Of a DNA stretch of 64,000 nt, positions 18,420 to 27,967 are shown in pieces. Below the pieces are notes generated by a model. That model was not told the DNA's origin. It saw only the letters and a list, made by a program, of their open reading frames with translations, and searched no databases. Within the stretch, counting starts at the first letter, position 1; each line of letters opens with the position of its first letter. Location of the stretch: the NCBI GenBank assembly GCA_963789955.1, contig CAWBMV010000001.1, forward strand, positions 128,001 to 192,000. Direction: 5' to 3'. The position numbers were made by a program, and so were the translations under genes. Source of the DNA: an uncultured Candidatus Rokubacteria bacterium. Lineage in GTDB: Bacteria; Methylomirabilota; Methylomirabilia; Rokubacteriales; CSP1-6.

Positions 18420-19699
18420 TGCGAGGGTGGGACAGCCTCGGGGGCGATCGAGATCTCCTGGAGGAGCCGCTGGGCGTCTTCGTGCGGTGTCGACTTCAGG
18501 AGGCTGATCGCGCGGGCGGTGTCCTTCGGCACGCCGAGCCCCGCGGCGTAGACCTTCGCGAGGGTGATCCGGGCTCGCACTTGCCCCTCGTCCGCGGCGG
18601 TCTTGAAGTAGCCCAGGATCCGCGCGTCGTACGGAGCGATCTGGGCAGGAGCGCCGTGATAGTAGAGCTCTTCCAGGAGCGCCTGTGCCGGCTCGCTGAA
18701 GGCGAGCGCCTCGGAGATCAGCACGGGCACCGCGTCGGCGCCGCGGCCCTGCCGGAGCAGCGCGCCGCCGACCGTGTCGTCGTCGCCGGTTCGCGTCAGC
18801 TCCGGGTAGTCGCTCCAGAGCCCGGTTCGATAGTCTCGAAAGGCCTGCTCGATCGCGCGACGCTCGGCCGGCGTGCGCCGGGTCCTGCCGAGGGCCGTCT
18901 GCCGCAGCTCGCCGAGGGCGGCGGCGGCCTCGAGCGAGCCCTGATCGGCCGCGCGCGACCACCACGCGATCGCGCGCGCGGTGTCGGGCTCGACGCCGAG
19001 GCCCCTCGCGTACGCGATGCCCGCGAAGAACTGCGCCCGAGGGTGCCCCGCGCGCGCCGCGACCACGAATTCCGGCGTCGCCTCGGCGTCGCGATGGGTC
19101 AGCTTCAGCACGAGGGCCAGGTTGTAGCGCACGTCCGGTTGGTCAGGGCTGCGGGAAATGGCCTGGCGGTACGCCTCGATCGCCCCGTTCAGATCGCCGA
19201 GCGCGTAGCGCACGAGCCCGAGGCTGTAGAGCGCCGAAACCTGATCCGGTTGCCGGCGGAGGACGTCTTCGAGCTCGGAGCGTGCGGCGGGCCAATCCTG
19301 CTTCGCCATGAGCGCCGTGGCGAGGACGTACCGCGCGCGCACGGCGTCCGGCCGCTGGCGCAGGAGGGCCCGAAGCTCCTCGACGGCGCCGTCGAGGTCG
19401 CCCATCTCGTAGAGGGCGAGCCCGAGATTTTCTCGCGCGTCGGCGAGATCGGGCTGAAGGCGGAGCGCCTCGCGAAACGATGCCGCAGCGGTCGCCGCGT
19501 CGCCGCGCGCCATCGCCGCGCGACCGAGCGCCAGATGCTCGCGGGCCCGTACCTCACGCGGTGACCCGCTCGCGGCCGAGGTGGCCGGCGCGGGATCGCC
19601 GATGGCGCCGGTTGGAGTCGTCGAGCGCGGAGCGCTGCCGGTCGAGCACCCGGTTCCGATCGCGGCGAGGAGCGCGAGGCTGACGGTCGTCGAGCGCAT
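18416..19699 (-). CDS. TPR + Sel1-repeat lipoprotein
   Basis: Lipobox-like LLAAIGTGC; multiple TPRs; Sel1 repeats (AQFFAGIAYARGLGVEPD..WWSRAADQG); stop overlaps activator ATG. Confidence 0.85.
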   Translation of the reverse strand: MRSTTVSLALLAAIGTGCSTGSAPRSTTPTGAIGDPAPATSAASGSPREVRAREHLALGRAAMARGDAATAAASFREALRLQPDLADARENLGLALYEMGDLDGAVEELRALLRQRPDAVRARYVLATALMAKQDWPAARSELEDVLRRQPDQVSALYSLGLVRYALGDLNGAIEAYRQAISRSPDQPDVRYNLALVLKLTHRDAEATPEFVVAARAGHPRAQFFAGIAYARGLGVEPDTARAIAWWSRAADQGSLEAAAALGELRQTALGRTRRTPAERRAIEQAFRDYRTGLWSDYPELTRTGDDDTVGGALLRQGRGADAVPVLISEALAFSEPAQALLEELYYHGAPAQIAPYDARILGYFKTAADEGQVRARITLAKVYAAGLGVPKDTARAISLLKSTPHEDAQRLLQEISIAPEAVPPSQ

Positions 19700-19763
19700 A
19701 GGCAACTTCCGATGATAGCAAAGCGGTCCGCGGGAACCTCAGGGCGGGATCGTGCGCGCGGCA

Positions 19764-19808
19764 GGCCGTCGCGCCGTCTCGCGGATCATCCGAGACGGCG
19801 CGACGGCC
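19764..19808. repeat. Perfect 18-bp inverted repeat (hairpin) between thiolase and TPR genes
   Basis: GGCCGTCGCGCCGTCTCG-N9-CGAGACGGCGCGACGGCC; no U-tract. Confidence 0.7.
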
Positions 19809-19828
19809 GAGCTACTCGGACTCGATGT

Positions 19829-21016
19829 CTAGCGGTACGCCTCGAAGAGACCCGCCGCGCCCTGGCCGCCGCCGATGCACATCGTCACCACGCCGTAGCG
19901 CGCCTTGCGGCGAAGCAGCTCGTTGGCGAGGGTGCCGACCATGCGCGAGCCGGTCATGCCGAACGGGTGGCCGATCGAGATCGAGCCGCCGTTGACGTTG
20001 AGCTTCGCCGGATCGATGCCGAGACGATCGCGGCAGTAGATGACCTGCGAGGCGAACGCCTCGTTCAGCTCCCACACGTCGATGTCGTCGATCTTGAGGC
20101 CGTGACGCTTCAGGAGCTTGGGCACCGCGTACACGGGCCCGATGCCCATCTCGTCCGGCTCGCAGCCGGCGACCGCGAAGCCGCGGAAGACGAGCTTCGG
20201 GCGAATGCCGAGGGCCTTCGCGCGATCCATCGACATCACGAGCGTCGAGCTGGCGCCGTCGGAGAGCTGCGAGGAGTTGCCGGCGGTCACCGTGCCCTGA
20301 CCGGAATCCTTGTCGAAGTGCGGCGGCAGCTTCAGGAGCCCTTCGAGCGTCGTGTCCGGGCGATTGCACTCGTCCTTCTCGACGTAGTACGGCTCCTGCC
20401 CGACGACCGCGCCGGTCGTCTTGTCGAGGATGCCGCGCGTGACGTTCATCGGCGCCAGCTCTTCCTTGAAGAAGCCTTCCTGCTGGGCGCGCGCGGTGCG
20501 CTGCTGGCTCAGGAGCGCGTAGCTGTCCTGGGCCTCGCGGCTGATCTTGTAGCGCTTGGCGACGACCTCGGCCGTGTCGCCCATCACCATGTAGATGCCC
20601 GGCAGGTGCTCCTTCACCCACGCGTTCGGGTCGCTGTCGCGCTTGCCCATCGTGATCGACTCGACGCCGCCGCCGATGACCGCGTCGGCGCCGTCGTTGA
20701 TGACGTAGTTCGCGGCGATCGCGATCGACTGCAGGCCCGAGGAGCAGAAGCGGTTCAGGGTGAGCCCCGCGACCGACACCGGGAGCCCGGCGCGCATCGC
20801 GGCGACGCGGGCGATGTTGTGGCCCTGCGAGCCGTGCGGCTGGCCGCAGCCCATGATCACGTCCTCGACCTCTTTCGCGTCGAGCTGCGGCACCTTGCCG
20901 AGGACGTCCTTGATGGTGTGCGCGGTGAAGTCGTCGGGACGCGTCAGGTTGAACGCGCCGCGGAACGACTTGGCGAGCGGGGTCCGCGAGCTGGCGACGA
21001 TGACGGCTTCTCTCAT
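19829..21016 (-). CDS. Acetyl-CoA C-acyltransferase (thiolase)
   Basis: NRFCSSG, ELNEAFA, GHPFGMTG, TMCIGGGQG. Confidence 0.95.
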   Translation of the reverse strand: MREAVIVASSRTPLAKSFRGAFNLTRPDDFTAHTIKDVLGKVPQLDAKEVEDVIMGCGQPHGSQGHNIARVAAMRAGLPVSVAGLTLNRFCSSGLQSIAIAANYVINDGADAVIGGGVESITMGKRDSDPNAWVKEHLPGIYMVMGDTAEVVAKRYKISREAQDSYALLSQQRTARAQQEGFFKEELAPMNVTRGILDKTTGAVVGQEPYYVEKDECNRPDTTLEGLLKLPPHFDKDSGQGTVTAGNSSQLSDGASSTLVMSMDRAKALGIRPKLVFRGFAVAGCEPDEMGIGPVYAVPKLLKRHGLKIDDIDVWELNEAFASQVIYCRDRLGIDPAKLNVNGGSISIGHPFGMTGSRMVGTLANELLRRKARYGVVTMCIGGGQGAAGLFEAYR

Positions 21017-21050
21017 GTAGAGTCTCCTTTTCGGTGGCCCGTCCGAGGGG

Positions 21051-21115
21051 CGGCCCGGCTACGCCGGGCCGTCTCCGAGCGCGGGGGGCTTGGGGGGCCC
21101 TTCGAGGCCCCCCAT
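21051..21115. repeat. Two GC-rich REP-like hairpins between ridA-like gene and thiolase
   Basis: CGGCCCGGC-TAC-GCCGGGCCG and TGGGGGGCC-CTTCGA-GGCCCCCCA. Confidence 0.6.
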
Positions 21116-21119
21116 GAAG

Positions 21120-21471
21120 TCAAACGGCCGCGGTGGCCATGATCTCGACGAGGTACTTCGGCGACGCCAGCCGCGCCTCGACGGTCGCCCGCGCCGGCGT
21201 GTTGGCGGGATCGACCCAGGCGTCCCAGGCCGCGTTCATGTCCCCGTAGACTCCCATGTTGGCCACGTACACCGTGGCGGCGAGAAGCTTCGACTTGTGG
21301 CTCCCGACCGCCGCCAGGGTCTCGTCGATCTTCTTCAAGAGAGATCTGTTGTGTCTGGCCCTTGGCGTCCGCCGACGGATCGGCCGCCACCATGCCGGCG
21401 AGGTACACGGTGTCGCCGTGAACAACCGCCTGGCTCAATCGAGGTCCGACACCGTGCCGCTTGATGGTCAT
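21120..21471 (-). CDS. RidA/YjgF (YoaB-like) family protein, frameshifted
   Basis: RLSQAVVHGDTVYLAG..QTQQI / MNAAWDAWV..PARATVEARLASPKYLVEI. Confidence 0.88.
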
Positions 21472-21596
21472 CGTGCTGGTCCTTTCTGCTCCGGAAATGG
21501 GGGGTCCTTGAACGGTACGGGAGATCATACTCCGACCGGGCCGCCGGATAAACTCGCCTTGCACCGGTCCCGGGCTCTCAGTAGAGTTATGCACCC

Positions 21597-22025
21597 ATGA
21601 GCATCGTCAACGAGTTCGAGAAGGCCTTCAATCGGCAAGACGTGGGCGCGCTGGTCTCGTGCTTCACCGAGGGCGCCAGCTACCGCGACAACTTCTACGG
21701 CGAGCACCGGGGGCACGCCTCGCTCCGCGCGATGTTCGAGCGGATGTTCCGGGAGGGCCGGGACTACCGCTGGGTCATGGACACCGTGGTCGAGGCGGGC
21801 AACCGGGCGACCGCCGAGTGGACGTTCGGGTACGTCGTGACCGACGCGGTGCCGCGGAGCACCGGCCGCAAGATCGGGTTCAGGGGCATGAGCCTCTTCG
21901 AGCTCGAGCGCGGGAAGATCGCGAACTATCGCGAATACTTCGACGTGGGCCAGGCGCTCCTGCAGCTCGGGTTCGCCCCCGAAGGCATCGCAAAGGTCCT
22001 GCGTCGCAAGCTCGAGGGGCACTGA
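21597..22025 (+). CDS. SnoaL/NTF2-like protein
   Basis: AFNRQDVGALVSCFTEGA..GKIANYREYFD. Confidence 0.8.
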   Translation: MSIVNEFEKAFNRQDVGALVSCFTEGASYRDNFYGEHRGHASLRAMFERMFREGRDYRWVMDTVVEAGNRATAEWTFGYVVTDAVPRSTGRKIGFRGMSLFELERGKIANYREYFDVGQALLQLGFAPEGIAKVLRRKLEGH

Positions 22026-22026
22026 G

Positions 22027-22519
22027 ATGGCGCTCGATCGCGCGAAGCGACAGGCGCTCATCCAGCAGTACGCCGATGGTCCCGCTCGCCTCCGCGCGGC
22101 GCTCGGCAAGGTGCCGCCGCCGGCGCTCAAGTGGCGGCCGGCACCGAACGAGTGGTCGGCTCACGAAGTGATCTGCCACTGCGCCGACTCGGAGACCAAC
22201 GCCTACGCGCGCATCCGGTTCCTCGTCGGCCGAGAAGAGCGCGAGCATCCAGGGCTACGACGAGGCCAACTGGGCGAGGGTGTTCGCCTATCACGACTTG
22301 CCGCTCGAGCCCGCGCTCGCCGTGGTCGAGGCCGTGCGCGCGACCACCGCCGCGCTGATCCGCGGCTTGCCCGACGATGCGTGGACGCGGGTCGGGACCC
22401 ACACGGAGTCCGGGCGCTACGGCGCCGAGGATTGGCTGCAGATCTACGCCGATCACCTCGAGATCCATTCGCGACAGATCGAGAACAACCTCGAGCTCTG
22501 GAAGAAGCAGCCGCGCTAG
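22027..22519 (+). CDS. DinB/YfiT-family protein, frameshift near 22232
   Basis: WRPAPNEWSAHEVICHCADSE / YDEANW..GTHTESG..HLEIHSRQI. Confidence 0.85.
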
Positions 22520-22531
22520 CGCGGCCGGCCC

Positions 22532-23254
22532 TCAGCCCCGTACGAGCAGCACCAGCCCCGAGAGCAGGATCATCACGAAGATCAGCTGACGGAAGCGACG
22601 CGGGTCCACGCGGTCGAACAGGAGCACGCCGGCGATCGCGCCGGCGGCCGCGGGCGCCGCGAATCCCAGGGTGAGACTCCACACCTGGCGCGTGAGCAGC
22701 CCGGCCCACCAGTAACCGATCAGGATCGCGCCCTGGTTCACGACGAAGAAGGCCTGGAGGTTGGCCTTGACGGCCCGCGCGCTCCAGCCCTGCGTCGCCG
22801 CGTACAGCACCGCCGGCGGGCCGGGCAGGCCGACGGCGCCGCCGATCGCGCCGGCGAGGACTCCGGCGCCGACGCCCCACCGGCGACCTTCGAGCTTGCG
22901 AGGATAGAGCCCGCGCGCTTCGAGCACGAACGCGACGACGAGCATCAGGCCGATGAGACGATTCAAGGCGCTCGGGGGTAGCGCGGCGAGTCCCCACACG
23001 CCGAGCGGCGTGCCGGCGATCGTCCCGATCAGGAGATCGAGGATCGCGCGCGGCTCGACGTCGTGCCGGAGCTGAACGAGCATCGCCGCCGACATGACGG
23101 CGGCGTAGATCGTCAGCAGCACGATCGCGTCCGAGGCCGACATCAGATACGGCAGGAAGGCGAGCGCGATCAGCGCGATCCCGAAGCCGGCGAGCCCCAT
23201 GACGAAGCTCGCCGCGGCGATGACGGCGGCGGCCACCGCCCACGCGACCGTCAC
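22532..23254 (-). CDS. TauE/SafE-family sulfite exporter
   Basis: Highly hydrophobic; GLAGFGIAL, GGAVGLPGPP. Confidence 0.85.
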   Translation of the reverse strand: MTVAWAVAAAVIAAASFVMGLAGFGIALIALAFLPYLMSASDAIVLLTIYAAVMSAAMLVQLRHDVEPRAILDLLIGTIAGTPLGVWGLAALPPSALNRLIGLMLVVAFVLEARGLYPRKLEGRRWGVGAGVLAGAIGGAVGLPGPPAVLYAATQGWSARAVKANLQAFFVVNQGAILIGYWWAGLLTRQVWSLTLGFAAPAAAGAIAGVLLFDRVDPRRFRQLIFVMILLSGLVLLVRG

Positions 23255-23264
23255 GGCGTGGGAA

Positions 23265-24140
23265 TCAGTCGCGCGATGGCGAGGACGGGCGCGAGCGCCA
23301 CCACGGATAGAACGGCGGCAGGTCGGCGCTCGGCCGCAAGGTGAACCGCGCCGGACGCTTGTCGAGGAACGCCGCGATACCCTCGCGGGCGTCGGCGGAG
23401 CGTCCGGTCCAGAACATCCCCTGCGAGTCCAGCAGGTGAGCCTCGATCGGGTGGTCGGCGCCGAGGAGCTTCCACATCATCTGCCGGGCCAGGGTCACCG
23501 AGATCGCGGAGCTGTTGTCGGCGATCTCGCGGGCCAGCTGGCGCGCGGCCGGGAGCAGCGCCTCCGGCGCGACGACGCGGCTCACGAGCCGCCCGGCCAG
23601 GGCCTCCTCGGCGCTGAAGACGCGCCCGGTGTAGACCCACTCGGCGGCCTGGCTGATGCCGACGAGCCGCGGCAGGAACCACGTGCTGCAGGCCTCGGGC
23701 ACGACGCCACGCCGGGCGAAGACGAAGCCGATGCGCGCCGCCGAGGACGCGATGCGGATGTCCATCGGGAGCGTCAAGGTGATTCCAAAGCCGACGGCCG
23801 GGCCGTTGATCGCCGCGATCACCGGCTTCTTCATGTCGAAGATGCGCAGGGTCACGGTGCCGCCGCCGTCGCGATGCTCCTCGGCGGTGACGGCGCGGCC
23901 GCGCGCGGCGGTGTCGAACGTCGAGCCGCCGGAGCCGAGATCGGCGCCCGCGCAGAACGCGCGGCCCGCGCCGGTGACGATGACGGCGCGCACGTTGTCG
24001 TCGGCGTCGGCGCGGTCCCACGCCTCGCGGAGCTCGCTCAGCATCGTCGTGGTGACGGCGTTGAGGCGATCCGGACGGTTCAAGGTGACCGTGCAGACTC
24101 CGTCCTCGACGTCGTAGCGGATCTCGGAAAAGGTCGTCAC
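23265..24140 (-). CDS. Enoyl-CoA hydratase/isomerase (crotonase) family
   Basis: LNRPDRLNA, AFCAGADL, AAINGPAVGFG, GVVPEA. Confidence 0.92.
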   Translation of the reverse strand: MTTFSEIRYDVEDGVCTVTLNRPDRLNAVTTTMLSELREAWDRADADDNVRAVIVTGAGRAFCAGADLGSGGSTFDTAARGRAVTAEEHRDGGGTVTLRIFDMKKPVIAAINGPAVGFGITLTLPMDIRIASSAARIGFVFARRGVVPEACSTWFLPRLVGISQAAEWVYTGRVFSAEEALAGRLVSRVVAPEALLPAARQLAREIADNSSAISVTLARQMMWKLLGADHPIEAHLLDSQGMFWTGRSADAREGIAAFLDKRPARFTLRPSADLPPFYPWWRSRPSSPSRD

Positions 24141-27112
24141 TGCTCGATCTGGAACTCGATACGACCTTCGGTCACGTCGTCACTAGGCGCCGCCTTGGCG
24201 GTGCCGGGGATCAACCGCTCGGCGGGGATGCCTTCGTTCTTCACGAGGGCTTCACGGACCGCCGCGACGCGGCGCTCGAGCAGCTCGCTCATGAGAGCGT
24301 CGGGAGCGGGCTCGCGCTCGCGCAACGCCGCCAGCTTCGCCTCGCCCGATTCGGGCGGCGGGACGCCGGGCAGCTCCTCCTTGAACGCGGCGGCGACGGC
24401 GGCGCCGAAGTCCGGCAGCTTGCGATCCTTCTGCAGCCGCTGGATTCTCACGGTGACCTCTTGCTCCTTGAGACTCTCGAGGTCGCGCGGCGCCGCCACC
24501 GGAGTCAGCGCGAACTTGATCATCGGCGTCTTGCGCAGGAAGCCCGCGACGTCCGTCAGGTGCTTGCCCATCTCGGGGTCCACGTCCGCGCTGCCGGCGG
24601 CGAACGTCACGGGATCGACCTGCAGTTCGTCGAGCGGGTCGCCCTTGCCCTTGAAGGCTCTGCTGATCGCGCGGAACGGTGCGGCGACGATGTTGGTGAG
24701 GGCGTTCTTGAGCGCGGTCCAGATGGCGTCGCTCGGGTCCGCCTTCACGTGGTCGAGCTCGCCGGAGATCGGGACGTTGACCTGGATGCCGTTGTCCGCG
24801 TCCGTGACGAGCGCGACGATCATGCCGAGCGGCAGGCCGATCTTCTTCTTTACCTCGTCGTTCTGTCGGGTGGGCGCAACGGTCAGGTTCCTGACGATGA
24901 TCTCGTTGTCGGCCGTCAGCTGATTCTTCTCGACCCGGTAGTGGACCTTGAGCGCGAGCTGACCCGTCTTCATCGCCCACGCGATGACCGGATCGGCGTA
25001 CGGGTTCACGGTCGTCAGCTTGAAGTCGCGGAGCTCACCCGCCAGATCGGCGTAGATCTCGCCGAACGGCGCGATCTCACCCTTGAGGTCGAACGCCGAG
25101 CTCCCGCCGATGACCGCCTGCGTCGAGATCCGCGCGCGGCGGCCGGGTGTCGAGCTGAGGCCCTCGATCGTCAGCGCGAGCCGCGAGACCGTCTCGGTGA
25201 AGGGCGGCGTCGTGGTGCGGTCGACGAACTGCGCGTGGCCCTCCTCGATGACGAACATGCCGACTTCGACGGGAATCGGGATCGGCCCCGATTGGGGCTG
25301 CGCCGAGGACGGCGGCGGCGAGGCATCCTTCTTCGGCGCTTCAGGCTTCGCCGCTTCGGGCTTGGCCGCCTTGGCCTTGGCTGGGTCGGTCTCGAACAGC
25401 TTCTTGAGCGAGATGACCCCGTCCTTGTCGCGCTCGACGCGAATGTCCGGCTTCGTCAGGCTGATCCTCGAGACCTTCGCGTACTTCGGCCACGAGAAAT
25501 CGATCCCGTCGAGCCGCAGCCGCTGGAAGCTCGCCGTCGGCGTCTTGTCGCCCGGCGCCAGGATCGCGAACTTCTCGATCCAGTTCTTTCCGCGCGACGT
25601 CGCGGTGAGCGTGCCGTTGTCCAGGGTCACGTGATTGTGGTTGTCGCCGTAGAAGGTGCCGACGAATCGCGCCTTGATCGGGAAGTAGGCCTGGAACGGC
25701 TCGATCGAGCCATCGCGCAGGCTCAAGTCGAAGTCGATGTCGAACGGCAGCGGCGTGACCGATCCTTTCATCTCGACTCGCCCGGACTTCGGCATGTTCA
25801 TCGAGACCGCAAAGGCCGCCGGACCGGTCACCGGCCAGGTGATGTCCTTCACGTCCGCCGACAGGTCGGTGATCGTGAGCGTCGTGAGGGGCTTGACGGC
25901 CTCGTCCTTGAAGCCGAGCTCGGCTTTCCGCAGCGCGATCTGCTCGACTTTCACCTTGAAGTCGGAGCGGGCCGGCTCGGCCGCCGCGGGCGGGGCGGAG
26001 TCGGCCGCCGCCGGTCGGGCGGGTTCGGCCGCGGCCGATCGAGCGGACCGGGCGGCGACCGGCTCGCCGCTTTTCGCCGAATCCGATGGGCCGGCGAGCG
26101 CCAGGAGATCGATGCGCTCCTGAGCGTCGCGGACCGCCCGGAGCGAGAGCCCTTCGACGCCGAGGGAGCCGATCGTCACCGCGCGCGCGACGAGGTCGGC
26201 ATCTTTGATCTCGAGGTCGAGGCGCGGAATCTTGAGGAACGGCTCGGTCTTGCCGGTCTGAAAGACCTCGAGGCCCGCCGTCGTCACCTTGCCCTGGACG
26301 CGCCCACTCTTGAGCCCTGCCGGACTCAGCTCGATGGCCGCGGCCATCGCGAGACTGACCTTGCCGGTCCGGGGTGCGGCCGGGACACTCGGAGGCAGAT
26401 ACGCCTGAACCGGAGCGACGTCGAAGCCCTCGACGGTGGCGCGCGCCTTCGCCGCCAGCGGGGCGAGCACGAGCGAATCGCTCGTGACCGTGATCGGCGC
26501 GTCGTTGAGCTTGAAGCTCAGCTGGAGGCGGCCGGGCCGCGCACCGGGCCCGAACATCAGATTGTTCGCGGCGAGGTTCAGATCGTCGATTCGCCAGACG
26601 CTCTGGGGTGAGGTGGTCTGATCGCGCGCGACGCCCGCCAGACGCTGGACGGTCACCCGTTCCAGGGTCACGACCCACTTCGAGGGCTCCTTGGACGTCT
26701 TGGACGGCTCGGTGCCTTTGAGGCGATCCAGGATGTCGGAGAAGTCGAATTCCGTCGGGCCGCGGCGCAGAACCTGGATCTTCGGATCCACGACCGTGAC
26801 CTCGGTGACGCGCACGTGGTGAACGAAGAACGGCAGATAGTCGAGGCGCACGTCGATGCGCTCGATGTCGTACGCGCGCTCGTTGGTGCCGGCCTTCTGG
26901 ACCTTCACGCCCTTGAGCGCGAGGTGACCCGTGAAGACGTTCAGATCGACGTCGTCCAGGAGCAGGACGCGGCCGGTGAGCTTGGGGACCTGGGCGATCG
27001 CGACGCGGCGCACGATCTCGGGCAGCACGGCCAGAAACACGCCGCCGAGCACGATCACGGCCGCGACGATGCCGATCAGGATCTTGAGCCGGCGGCCGGA
27101 GACGCGAAACAT
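24137..27112 (-). CDS. DUF748/AsmA-like large envelope protein
   Basis: N-terminal TM, repeated beta-rich modules, KKIGLPLGMIVALVTD..VPISGEL..IVAAPFRAI, OmpA-like tail. Confidence 0.75.
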   Translation of the reverse strand: MFRVSGRRLKILIGIVAAVIVLGGVFLAVLPEIVRRVAIAQVPKLTGRVLLLDDVDLNVFTGHLALKGVKVQKAGTNERAYDIERIDVRLDYLPFFVHHVRVTEVTVVDPKIQVLRRGPTEFDFSDILDRLKGTEPSKTSKEPSKWVVTLERVTVQRLAGVARDQTTSPQSVWRIDDLNLAANNLMFGPGARPGRLQLSFKLNDAPITVTSDSLVLAPLAAKARATVEGFDVAPVQAYLPPSVPAAPRTGKVSLAMAAAIELSPAGLKSGRVQGKVTTAGLEVFQTGKTEPFLKIPRLDLEIKDADLVARAVTIGSLGVEGLSLRAVRDAQERIDLLALAGPSDSAKSGEPVAARSARSAAAEPARPAAADSAPPAAAEPARSDFKVKVEQIALRKAELGFKDEAVKPLTTLTITDLSADVKDITWPVTGPAAFAVSMNMPKSGRVEMKGSVTPLPFDIDFDLSLRDGSIEPFQAYFPIKARFVGTFYGDNHNHVTLDNGTLTATSRGKNWIEKFAILAPGDKTPTASFQRLRLDGIDFSWPKYAKVSRISLTKPDIRVERDKDGVISLKKLFETDPAKAKAAKPEAAKPEAPKKDASPPPSSAQPQSGPIPIPVEVGMFVIEEGHAQFVDRTTTPPFTETVSRLALTIEGLSSTPGRRARISTQAVIGGSSAFDLKGEIAPFGEIYADLAGELRDFKLTTVNPYADPVIAWAMKTGQLALKVHYRVEKNQLTADNEIIVRNLTVAPTRQNDEVKKKIGLPLGMIVALVTDADNGIQVNVPISGELDHVKADPSDAIWTALKNALTNIVAAPFRAISRAFKGKGDPLDELQVDPVTFAAGSADVDPEMGKHLTDVAGFLRKTPMIKFALTPVAAPRDLESLKEQEVTVRIQRLQKDRKLPDFGAAVAAAFKEELPGVPPPESGEAKLAALREREPAPDALMSELLERRVAAVREALVKNEGIPAERLIPGTAKAAPSDDVTEGRIEFQIEQ

Positions 27113-27128
27113 CAGACCTCCACGAGGA

Positions 27129-27404
27129 TCAGCTCGAGCGCTGGTACCCGGCGCTCGTCATGCAGTCACTGAATGCATTAGCCTGCCGCGACTCCTGAAC
27201 CGCAATACGACCAACGTCGAGGAGGCCGCCCAGGATCAGATCCGGCCCCGGCCCGATCTCGAACGCCTTTCGCGCGCATTCCGTTTCGATCAGGGACACC
27301 TCCGTGAACATGGCCCCGGGCTTCTGCCACTCGGTTCCCCGCAGATCCAGGGTGCAACCCGTGAGCAGCAGCACCGCCGCCGGCAGCGCGACCAAGGCTC
27401 GCAT
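27129..27404 (-). CDS. Small hypothetical lipoprotein
   Basis: GGAGGAG RBS; MRALVALPAAVLLLTGC lipobox; WQKPG..EC..CMTSAGY. Confidence 0.7.
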   Translation of the reverse strand: MRALVALPAAVLLLTGCTLDLRGTEWQKPGAMFTEVSLIETECARKAFEIGPGPDLILGGLLDVGRIAVQESRQANAFSDCMTSAGYQRSS

Positions 27405-27540
27405 GAGCTCTCCTCCCGTATGGAGCCTAGAGGATACCAGGGAATCGCTCGGGCGGGCCGGCACGCGCCGATCGGGCAATTCACCCGAGCCGCGAGCTCG
27501 CGGCGCGCCAAAAACGCTCGAATTCGATCCGTTCGGTGAG

Positions 27541-27556
27541 TGGCACGGAGCCTGCT
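27541..27556 (+). promoter_or_regulatory. Sigma54 (-24/-12) promoter
   Basis: TGGCACGGAGCCTGCT (GG-N10-GC), ending 28 nt before an ATG with GAGGAGG RBS. Confidence 0.7.
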
Positions 27557-27584
27557 ATCTCGATGCGATCGAGGAGGACGGGTC

Positions 27585-27788
27585 ATGGCACTGGTTAACC
27601 TGATCGCGTACGTGGTCGTGTTCGGACTTCCGATCTGGCTCGTGACCGAAGAGATCGTTCACCGGCTCCTCGCGGCACGGAAGGTCGAGGTGCCTGCGCC
27701 GGCGCCGGCCGCGGCTCCGGCCGCCACGTCCGCCGGTCTCGAGCGGCGCGCCCCCGAGGGCGCGCGCGCTCACGCATCGTTCGTCTAG
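27585..27788 (+). CDS. Small single-TM hypothetical protein (67 aa)
   Basis: Strong RBS; MALVNLIAYVVVFGLPIWLVTEEI then Pro/Ala-rich tail. Confidence 0.65.
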   Translation: MALVNLIAYVVVFGLPIWLVTEEIVHRLLAARKVEVPAPAPAAAPAATSAGLERRAPEGARAHASFV

Positions 27789-27967
27789 TCCGGCCCGGGC
27801 CGGTTTCACCGGCCCTCTCGCGCGCCGCAGGCCGCCCGTTGTAGAGTGGGCGCACTCCGAACCGGAAAGGAGTGTGCCACGCGATGGGCGGATGAGCGCC
27901 CCACCGCTCGCGACCACAGCGACGTCCTGAAGTTCCTCGAACGCATCCAGGGTAGGAGGAGAGGCCA

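Noticed and set aside
25315..25385. AKPEA-type and AAAEPAR (about 25966-26035) short repeats in the DUF748 gene
   Set aside because: Ordinary low-complexity Pro/Ala/Lys linkers, not an array or mobile element.
27862..27879. TGGCAC on the minus strand as a third sigma54 promoter
   Set aside because: The -12 position reads TTTCC, lacking the required GC.
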